The position numbers and the translations under genes were made by a program. Shown one piece after another: positions 17,366 through 24,000 of a stretch of 24,000 nt of DNA (position 1 is its first letter; the number at the start of each line of letters is the position of its first letter). The notes under the pieces are model-generated. The model saw only the letters and a list, made by a program, of their open reading frames with translations, searched no databases and was not told the DNA's origin. The stretch spans positions 1 to 24,000 of the forward strand of contig JAZSRA010000065.1 in assembly GCA_045538195.1 (NCBI GenBank). The letters are read 5' to 3'. This DNA comes from Eubacteriales bacterium. Lineage in GTDB: Bacteria > Bacillota > Clostridia > Oscillospirales > CAG-272.

Positions 17366-18583
17366 TTAGAAATCAACTTCTGTGTCGTAGTAGCAGCACT
17401 TGAGAAGCTTTTCCATTTCCTCGACAGAGATTGCTCTGGGGTTGGAGCCTGTGCAAGCGTCTGCAACTGCGTTCTTTGCGATCTCGGGAAGTCTCTCAAG
17501 GAAGATGTTCTCGGGAACAAATCCGTTCTCGCAGGGGAGGCTGTCAAGACCGTAGTTTTTGATGCACTGAGGAATGTTGAGCGCGTCGTTCATACCACGG
17601 AGGTAAGCGATGAGGTTTGCAACCTTTTCGTCATCGTTAGCGCCGCCAAGACCCATGTAATCAGCAATAACACCGTAACGCTTCTTTGCGGTCTCGTCCT
17701 TTGCATTGAAAGCGATAACCTTAGGAAGGTACATAGCGTTTGCCGCACCGTGGATAATGTGTGCGCCGAGGTCCTCGAAGATAGCACCGGTCTTGTGTGC
17801 CATGGAGTGAACGATACCGAGAAGAGCGTTGGAGAACGCCATACCTGCAAGGCACTGAGCGTTGTGCATGGATGCGCGCTTAGTCATATCGCCGTTGTAG
17901 GATTCAACGAGGTTGTCCTGGATCATCTTGATAGCGAAGATCGCGAGAGGATCGGTGAACTCGCAGTTAGCGGTGGAAACGTATGCCTCGATCGCGTGGG
18001 TCATAGCGTCCATACCGGTGTGAGCGGTGAGCTTCTTAGGCATGGTCTCAGCAAGCTCGGGGTCAACGATCGCAACGTCGGGAGTAATCTCGAAATCAGC
18101 GAGAGGATACTTGATACCCTTGTTATAGTCGGTGATAACAGAGAAGGCGGTAACCTCGGTAGCAGTACCGGAAGTGGAAGGAATTGCAACAAAGCGAGCC
18201 TTCTTACGAAGCTCGGGAATACCGAATACTACGCACATTTCCTCGAAAGTGATCTCGGGATACTCGTACTTGATCCACATAGCCTTTGCAGCGTCGATGG
18301 GCGAACCGCCGCCGATTGCAACGATCCAGTCGGGCTGGAACTTCAGCATAGCCTCAGCACCCTTCATAACGGTGTCAACGGAAGGATCGGGTTCGATACC
18401 TTCAAAGAGTTCAACCTCCATGCCTGCTTCCTTGAGGTAGGAAACGACCTTGTCAAGGAAACCGAAGCGCTTCATAGAACCGCCACCTACGCAAACCATT
18501 GCGCGCTCTCCCTTAAGATTCTTCAGCGCTTCAAGAGCGCCCTTGCCATGATAAAGATCACGGGGTAATGTAAAACGTGCCAT
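17366..18583 (-). CDS. Iron-containing alcohol dehydrogenase
   Basis: 405-aa ORF: GGGSPIDAAKAMW, PSTSGTATEVTAFSVITD and metal-binding region GMAFSNALLGIVHSMAHKTG...HGAANA. Confidence 0.92.
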   Translation of the reverse strand: MARFTLPRDLYHGKGALEALKNLKGERAMVCVGGGSMKRFGFLDKVVSYLKEAGMEVELFEGIEPDPSVDTVMKGAEAMLKFQPDWIVAIGGGSPIDAAKAMWIKYEYPEITFEEMCVVFGIPELRKKARFVAIPSTSGTATEVTAFSVITDYNKGIKYPLADFEITPDVAIVDPELAETMPKKLTAHTGMDAMTHAIEAYVSTANCEFTDPLAIFAIKMIQDNLVESYNGDMTKRASMHNAQCLAGMAFSNALLGIVHSMAHKTGAIFEDLGAHIIHGAANAMYLPKVIAFNAKDETAKKRYGVIADYMGLGGANDDEKVANLIAYLRGMNDALNIPQCIKNYGLDSLPCENGFVPENIFLERLPEIAKNAVADACTGSNPRAISVEEMEKLLKCCYYDTEVDF

Positions 18584-18629
18584 AACTTTTCTCCTTATAT
18601 GTGATATATTTTTTTAATCTGGTGCTTAC

Positions 18630-18658
18630 ATTATAACACAGTTTTTGGCTTGTGTAAA
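18630..18658 (-). promoter_or_regulatory. SigA-type promoter of the ADH gene
   Basis: Minus strand TTTACA (18658-18653), 17-nt spacer, TATAAT (18635-18630). Confidence 0.75.
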
Positions 18659-18696
18659 TAACTAAAATGTTATATCGGTATTATCAATATCGATAT
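18657..18696. promoter_or_regulatory. 40-nt conserved element (copy 2) upstream of ADH, with imperfect palindrome ATATCGGTATTATCAATATCGATAT (18672-18696)
   Basis: 38/40 identical to 13736-13775. The palindrome centre lies ~60 nt upstream of the predicted ADH transcription start. Confidence 0.8.
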
Positions 18697-18748
18697 AATC
18701 TATATCAATAGCAAACAAGTCTGCGTTTCCGCAAAGCCATCACATTTT

Positions 18749-19678
18749 TTATTTAAGATATTTTCTCCTCGAGTCGCAAAGCTCGGCAATGAACTGATTA
18801 TCAAGCTTCGATAGCTTGTATCCTTCGCGAAAGATCAGAACGTCCTTGTATATTTTTTTGTTATCAACGCACTTTTTCTGAACCAGACCGTATCTGTCCA
18901 ATATCTTTTGCGATGCAGGAGATACCCACATAAACGTATTGGGATTTTCGGAGAGCAGATCGAACTGACTTGCTCGTTCAAACACAAAGATTCTTTGATC
19001 CACCTTGTTAGGAAGCTCCTCACGGAACACCTTGGACATAGAAAGCGTAGGAACGTAAGGATCTGCGTGTGCAATCTCGATATAGTCGGAAAGATCTTCG
19101 TAAGTGATAGTTTCCTTCGTAGCGAGAGGGTTGTCCTTACTCATAAGAAGAACATAGGAGAACTCTGCCACAAGCTCATAAGAAAGCCCTTTTTCCTCAA
19201 GCATATCCTTGTAATATTTATCATAGTTATCCGAGTAACGAATGATACCGAGCTTGTATTCGTTTTCGAGAAGCTTTTTTATTGTTTTTTTAGAGTTGGT
19301 TTCCTTGTAGTATATTTCTACGGGAGTATCTCCGATGTTTTTTGAAAATTCCGCCATCGCTGCAGAGATATAGCACGCGCGAGGAACAGAGATTGAAAAC
19401 TTACGCTTTTTATGCGAGCCGTCACGGTAGGACTGCTCGATCTTATCAATACGGTGAAGAATATCACGCGCATAATCCATAAACTCCTCACCATCGGGGG
19501 TCAAAACCATTCCCTTTGCGCTTCGTTGGAATATGGTAATTCCAAGATCCGCTTCAAGCTCCTTGATAGAGCGGCTGATGTTCGGTTGTGCAATCATAAG
19601 CGTTTCCGCTGCCTTGTTCAGAGAACCGAGCCTTGCCACTTCAACAGCGTATTTCACGTGAAGTATATTCATAAACAA
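18749..19678 (-). CDS. LysR-family transcriptional regulator
   Basis: 309-aa ORF: N-terminal HTH LHVKYAVEVARLGSLNKAAETLMIAQPNISRSIKELEADLGITIFQRSAKGMVLTPDGEEF, followed by a substrate-binding-like domain. Confidence 0.9.
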   Translation of the reverse strand: MFMNILHVKYAVEVARLGSLNKAAETLMIAQPNISRSIKELEADLGITIFQRSAKGMVLTPDGEEFMDYARDILHRIDKIEQSYRDGSHKKRKFSISVPRACYISAAMAEFSKNIGDTPVEIYYKETNSKKTIKKLLENEYKLGIIRYSDNYDKYYKDMLEEKGLSYELVAEFSYVLLMSKDNPLATKETITYEDLSDYIEIAHADPYVPTLSMSKVFREELPNKVDQRIFVFERASQFDLLSENPNTFMWVSPASQKILDRYGLVQKKCVDNKKIYKDVLIFREGYKLSKLDNQFIAELCDSRRKYLK

Positions 19679-20122
19679 GTTCTCCTCTCCATACTAAACT
19701 TGCATATTTTTTGTCAAATCACAAACGCAACTCGGACTGCCCGCACGCGAGCAGCTGTTGCAATAAATTGAGTTTGAATTTAGTTCAACCACATATTACA
19801 TATTATATCACAAAAAAGCTAATAATTCAAGGTATTTATTTCATTTAGTTCAATCAATATGATAAAAACAACACCAACAGGTGTGTTCCGGCTGCCCAAT
19901 GGCATGCGGGGGCTTTGGATACGTCTTCATGCCGGATATCAAACAGAAGGACATCAGGCGGCAACAAGGACGAGAACATCAAAAAGATATGCCTAAAATG
20001 AAGATCGACGACGATGAGATCGTTTCATTCAGCGTCAAGGAAACTGACGCTTAAGATCAATACTTCAAGAGCACTAATGCTGAAACAGCTTATCTGCTCG
20101 GTCGGTGTTGCGGCTTACGTAC

Positions 20123-20154
20123 AAAATCTCCCGCACCGAAGTACGGGAGATTTT
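20123..20154 (-). terminator. Intrinsic terminator (possibly bidirectional)
   Basis: Minus strand AAAATCTCCCGTAC-TTCG-GTGCGGGAGATTTT: 14-bp stem with UUCG tetraloop. Confidence 0.85.
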
Positions 20155-20215
20155 CTCATTTTAGTTAAATTCAGATTCAGTTAAAATCCAAATCCAAATC
20201 GCTCTGCGAATTAGA

Positions 20216-21850
20216 TTAGTCTTCCTTCTTTTTGAAAGAAACCATGCCTGCAACTGTAGCTACTGCTACGATTGCAATTGCACCGAATCCAACTACGGAA
20301 CCGCATCCGCCTACATCAGCCTTATCGGTCTCGTCAGCATTGGGTTCTGTTGTCTGCTCGGTCTTGTTGGTTTCAACGGTTGTTTCCTCAGCTTCAACAG
20401 TTGTTTCTTCAGTCTCAACAGTCGTCTCTTCAACAGGATCGGTGGTAACGGTCTCGGTCTCCTCTACCCAACCAAGATCCTTTATGGTGTTCTGAACGTA
20501 AACCTCAGCCTCTTCGACAGATCTGAACCAAGCCATATAGAGAACGTCAAACTCGTTCGCGCCGGGAGTAGAAACGTCAATACCGTTAGCGTAATAACGC
20601 GCACCGTTGATACGGCCGGTTGCTTCAAAGGAAGCGTCGGTAGTCATATCAAAATAGAAATAGAGGTATGTATCATCGCCGATCACATAGGCGTTGTCGC
20701 ACATATTAAGCTCGTAAATAGTACATTGCGATCCGGCAACAATTGTGTCACCCGTGAGCATACGAACGTCAACGGACTCGTTAGCATAGCATGTACCATC
20801 CTCGGAACCACAGGTGCAGAAATTTCTCATAAGAATAATGCCAATGGGGAAATCCTCAATTGCATAGGAAATTTCATTTTTAACGTACCATGTACCGGTA
20901 TCAACATTTTCTTGGTGCGCTGCTACGTGAAGAGAGTAGTCCTCGTTAATAGTCAACGAAACGTCGTTAGCAGGCTTAGGATCAGACTTAAGATCGGAAG
21001 CCTCTTTGTTACCGTTCATAAGGATAGCGGGCTGATTTGCGGGAACCGTGCTTGCATCAGCGATGGGTGCATTTTCAGCAGAATTATTCTGAACGTCCTG
21101 TGAATCCTCCCCCATAGGAACGGTGGCATTGTCAGCCGATGTACCGAACTTGGTGACGGTCATTTCAACTGTACCACCAGTCACACTGTTCTGCGCACAG
21201 ATACCAATGTAAGCTTCACTGTCGTTGCCGCCCCACTTTTCGTTCATATAAGTGATAACCGCTTCCGGCGCTACTGCGCCGTTAATGTCAACTGCGTATG
21301 TTGAGCCGTCCCAAGTAACAGTAAGAGTAATAACATTCTTTCCGTCCTCAGTCTTCTGGTTCTTCTCGTCAACCATCATCACACCGGATGTGCCGGTGAA
21401 ATTACGGATGTGATAGTTGTTTACCTTAGTTAAATTACCATCAGTTGCACGAATGAGGGTCTGAACACCTTCACCATAGCCCTCTACGGGGGGCTCGATC
21501 ATTGCGGAATCCCAAATATTGATATTGAACCACTGGTCAGCGGCTTCATAAGAGAAGTTGTCGATTCTGACTTGGAAGTAAACGCCATCCTTGAGGTCAA
21601 CCTTTTCCTTGGTCTGGATGTGAGCCCAAGGAGTCTGACCGGTCCAATCTGCGGGAATCTGGTGGAGACCGTCATCGGTGTATTCATAACCGGCAACGGA
21701 CTTGGGGTCACCGTCGTAACCGTCTGCGTACTGAGATGCAGGTCCGTATACAGTCCACTGACCGTCAACTGCTGCTGCAGGAACGATTAAAACTACTGCC
21801 ATAGAAAGAAGCATCATAATCGCAAGTGATGTTGCTATAAGCTTTTTCAT
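20216..21850 (-). CDS. Secreted/surface protein with signal peptide, Thr/Glu-rich linker and C-terminal TM anchor
   Basis: Signal peptide MKKLIATSLAIMMLLSMAVVLIVPAAAVDG, starting at the internal Met at 21850 (the track ORF begins at 21904). C-terminus is EETTVETEETTVEAEETTVETNKTEQTTEP...DVGGCGSVVGFGAIAIVAVATVAGMVSFKKKED. Confidence 0.8.
   Translation of the reverse strand: MKKLIATSLAIMMLLSMAVVLIVPAAAVDGQWTVYGPASQYADGYDGDPKSVAGYEYTDDGLHQIPADWTGQTPWAHIQTKEKVDLKDGVYFQVRIDNFSYEAADQWFNINIWDSAMIEPPVEGYGEGVQTLIRATDGNLTKVNNYHIRNFTGTSGVMMVDEKNQKTEDGKNVITLTVTWDGSTYAVDINGAVAPEAVITYMNEKWGGNDSEAYIGICAQNSVTGGTVEMTVTKFGTSADNATVPMGEDSQDVQNNSAENAPIADASTVPANQPAILMNGNKEASDLKSDPKPANDVSLTINEDYSLHVAAHQENVDTGTWYVKNEISYAIEDFPIGIILMRNFCTCGSEDGTCYANESVDVRMLTGDTIVAGSQCTIYELNMCDNAYVIGDDTYLYFYFDMTTDASFEATGRINGARYYANGIDVSTPGANEFDVLYMAWFRSVEEAEVYVQNTIKDLGWVEETETVTTDPVEETTVETEETTVEAEETTVETNKTEQTTEPNADETDKADVGGCGSVVGFGAIAIVAVATVAGMVSFKKKED
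20373..20435 (-). repeat. Three imperfect 21-bp in-frame tandem repeats encoding the Thr/Glu-rich linker
   Basis: tcaacggttgtttcctcagct / tcaacagttgtttcttcagtc / tcaacagtcgtctcttcaaca. Confidence 0.7.
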
Positions 21851-22099
21851 AAGAAATCTCCTTATAAAATGATTTTTTATGAAAGAATCGGTGCTAAATC
21901 GCACTACACTCTTTCATATGCTCATGATATCACAATTATTCAAAAAAGTCAAGGCACATTTTGGACAAATCAATTATATATTTTGGACATCAAATACATA
22001 TTCGTGACAAATCGATAGCGAATTTTTGTCGCTTTAGCCCAAAAAGCTTCTCCAACGAGAGTTCTTCCCCGCGCACTCTTCAAAGAATCGAGCAGCTGA

Positions 22100-22155
22100 A
22101 ATCTAATCCACCTCTCACACCACCGTACGTGCCGTTCGGCATACGGCGGTTCGCT
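22100..22155 (-). mobile_element. Group II intron 3'-end remnant (domain V/VI-like) without an RT gene
   Basis: Minus strand GAACCGCCGTATGCCGAACGGCACGTACGGTGGTGTGAGAGG, the characteristic bacterial group II intron domain V-type sequence. No LtrA-like ORF nearby. Confidence 0.75.
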
Positions 22156-22458
22156 TCTCTATCTCATACTGCTTCAACGCTTCTGCTCTTAGTTCTCTAA
22201 CCTAAGACTTCCCGCATTTTGCCTCATATACGTTTAGGCTACTTTGCGTATCGGTTTTGAGCAGAACATAAAACGATTTTTTCTTTCATCTTTTATTTGT
22301 ATTTGTATCTCAGTATTGGAGTGCAAAAAGTTCCACTTTTAAAACTTCCATTTCACCTTCCATTTTTCCTTTTCAAGCACCCTCAAAATTCCATAAAAGT
22401 TCCATAGTTTTAGTGAAAAGAAAGCCTATTTTGAGCCTTATAAAGCAAAAAAAGAAGA

Positions 22459-22474
22459 GCAGACCGAAGTCTGC
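22459..22474 (-). terminator. Intrinsic terminator with UUCG tetraloop
   Basis: Minus strand GCAGAC-TTCG-GTCTGC, followed by TCTTCTTTTTTT. Confidence 0.75.
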
Positions 22475-22670
22475 CCCTCATGGCTTTAAGCCTTATGTTT
22501 ATTAGGTTTTCTATATCAGCCGAAGTATCTCGCAAGCAGGCCTTCGAATGCCTTGCCGTGTCTTGCTCATCGCCAAAGCTTCTCGTGGTCTTTGAGGGAG
22601 AAAGCTTTGCAGTGCAAGGTACGCAACGAGCTTAATTTCAGTAAATAAGAATCTAAAACACAAACAAAAA

Positions 22671-22696
22671 GAGAGACCTGCCACAAGGTCTCTCTT
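22671..22696 (-). terminator. Intrinsic terminator at the end of the XRE regulator gene
   Basis: Minus strand AGAGAGACCT...AGGTCTCTCT, followed by TTTTGTTTG. Confidence 0.75.
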
Positions 22697-22937
22697 ATTT
22701 TATTTCCTGTTCCAACCCATCGAATATCGGCGAGGTAAAAAACTGCGCCATTGTTATCTCAAGTCCGTCACAGATCTTTTTTACAGTCGCAACCGTAGGC
22801 TTGCTTTCCTGTCTGTGCATAATGTTGTTTAAGGTGGACTGCGTCAGACCGCAAATTGTTGAAAGCTTGTTGATCGTAATTTTTCGCTCTCCGCACAATT
22901 CGAGTATTCGCTCTCTTACCGCCTCTCCAATATTCAT
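22695..22937 (-). CDS. XRE/Cro-CI-type helix-turn-helix transcriptional regulator
   Basis: 80-aa ORF: RKITINKLSTICGLTQSTLNNIMHRQESKPTVATVKKICDGLEITMAQFF. Confidence 0.85.
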   Translation of the reverse strand: MNIGEAVRERILELCGERKITINKLSTICGLTQSTLNNIMHRQESKPTVATVKKICDGLEITMAQFFTSPIFDGLEQEIK

Positions 22938-22992
22938 ATTTAACTAACTCCCCGCAGTGAAAAATTTTTTCTTTCATTATTATATTACCCCA

Positions 22993-23047
22993 TTTGAGTT
23001 AAAAAGGTTAACTCAATAGGGTTGACAATTGGAGTTTCTCGTGGTAT
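22993..23047 (+). promoter_or_regulatory. SigA-type promoter with adjacent inverted-repeat operator, divergent from the XRE gene
   Basis: GAGTTAA-N5-TTAACTC (22993-23011), TTGACA (23019-23024), 17-nt spacer, TATAAT (23042-23047). Confidence 0.75.
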
Positions 23048-23428
23048 AATGTCAACATATTTCAAAATAACCGGTTTTAAAGACGTTTTGACGAAAACCA
23101 ATTGTCAAAACGAAACCGCTACGACTATAATGATTAAAGACCGCAACGAAGAGATCAGGAGCTTCATATCTTATGTGAGTATCCGCTCTTCGTATTCGCG
23201 GTAGCAATGCTCTGTAAGGATGATATTCAACTTAAAAAGTAACAAAATGATTGGAGGCAACAAGAAAAACCAAAAACAGCACCTATTAACACAAACCAAA
23301 AAGAGTCAGAAAAGCAACAACGCGATCTCGTAAAATATTCATCTTGTAATTAATTATGAAAAAAAGCAAGTTAATAATCATCCTTTTCATAAATTTCTCA
23401 CAGTTTTTGTAAAAATCCATTAGATCTA

Positions 23429-23457
23429 TTGACAATTCGCACCATGTGTGATACAAT
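23429..23457 (+). promoter_or_regulatory. SigA-type promoter of the miniprotein/pilin locus
   Basis: TTGACA (23429-23434), 17-nt spacer, TACAAT (23452-23457). Confidence 0.7.
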
Positions 23458-23569
23458 AAATTAAGTTTAGCGGTGGGCAATATAGCAGAGTGACGTCTAC
23501 TCGCCAGACTCTACATTTTGAGTCCGCCGGGATATCCGGCGAATAATTCTTTAAGGGAGGATATCTATT

Positions 23570-23707
23570 ATGGAAGAAAAAAAGACCAATAGTACAATCA
23601 AGGAAAAGCTGTTCAAGAAGATCCCCACATTGTATGCTTGGCTGATCGTCGGCGGCGCATCAGCGGCTGTACTGATCCTTCAGCTCATTTTGATCTCCAA
23701 CACTTAA
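23570..23707 (+). CDS. 45-aa single-TM miniprotein
   Basis: Manual translation: MEEKKTNSTIKEKLFKKIPTLYAWLIVGGASAAVLILQLILISNT*. GGAGG RBS at 23556-23560. Positioned 27 nt before the pilin-like gene. Confidence 0.65.
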   Translation: MEEKKTNSTIKEKLFKKIPTLYAWLIVGGASAAVLILQLILISNT

Positions 23708-23734
23708 AAGACAATCAAGAAAGGAAAAACACCT

Positions 23735-24000
23735 ATGAAAAACATGAAGAAAAAGGGCTTTACTCTTGTAGAACTCCTCGTAGTAATTGCAATCATTGCA
23801 ATTCTCGCGGTTGTATCCGTTGTAGGATATACTGTATTTATTGACAGAGCTAACATGTCCGCTGACCAGCAGGCTGTTACTCAGATTAACACCATGCTCG
23901 AAGCTCTTGACGTAAACAACGAGCCCGAGGATATCGTTGCTCTGTGGGCATACTTGAACGAGACCGGCTTGACCGCAGAGGATTACAAGCCTCTTAGCAA
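23735..24000 (+). CDS. Type IV pilin/pseudopilin-like protein with N-terminal prepilin motif (truncated by the window edge)
   Basis: Manual translation: MKNMKKKGFTLVELLVVIAIIAILAVVSVVGYTVFIDRANMSADQQAVTQINTMLEALDVNNEPEDIVALWAYLNETGLTAEDYKPLS..., with the classical G|FTLVE processing site. Confidence 0.9.
   Translation, partial: MKNMKKKGFTLVELLVVIAIIAILAVVSVVGYTVFIDRANMSADQQAVTQINTMLEALDVNNEPEDIVALWAYLNETGLTAEDYKPLS

Noticed and set aside
17750-18568. 272-aa plus-strand ORF opposite the ADH gene
   Set aside because: Antisense shadow of a well-supported iron-containing ADH; no recognisable domain.
23022-23204. 60-aa plus-strand ORF
   Set aside because: It begins inside the promoter -35/-10 region, so its start would not be transcribed. 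Only a much shorter internal ORF is possible.
23458-23560. Calling the pilin leader a c-di-GMP-I or -II riboswitch
   Set aside because: Only superficial resemblance (GGGCAA, GTGACG, CATTTTGAG). The conserved core sequences are not present as expected.
1-24000. CRISPR arrays, tRNA or rRNA genes
   Set aside because: No regularly spaced direct repeats, and no tRNA/rRNA signature sequences noticed on either strand.

Overview
Firmicutes/Clostridia-like window. Everything from 1 to ~22.94 kb is coded on the minus strand. There is a strand switch at ~22.94-23.05 kb, followed by a plus-strand pilin-type locus.

Contents in coordinate order:
(1) 1-6944: a compact minus-strand operon of five membrane-associated proteins behind a consensus-like promoter. 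It includes a 1130-aa protein that fuses a GH3 glycosidase-like region (catalytic motifs apparently lost), a TM hairpin and an AAA-like domain with degraded Walker motifs. The next gene, truncated by the window edge, shares the TM/acidic linker/'IDR...VD' architecture. This is the best candidate for an undescribed system.
(2) 7277-12076: a translationally coupled [FeFe]-hydrogenase signalling cluster: two small [2Fe-2S] proteins, an Fe-hydrogenase-PAS fusion, a SpoIIE-type phosphatase and a second, ferredoxin-fused hydrogenase.
(3) 12247-19678: APH-family kinase, Rex, NfnB/NfnA-like proteins, SDR, iron-containing ADH and a LysR-type regulator. A near-identical 40-nt palindromic element (38/40) lies upstream of both rex and the ADH gene.
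(4) ~20.2-21.85 kb: a secreted Thr/Glu-rich protein with a C-terminal membrane anchor.
(5) ~22.1-22.7 kb: a group II intron domain V-like remnant and other debris, then an XRE regulator with a divergent promoter.
(6) 23.4-24 kb: a promoter, a structured leader, a 45-aa TM miniprotein and a type IV pilin-like gene running off the right edge.

No tRNA, rRNA or CRISPR array was recognised.
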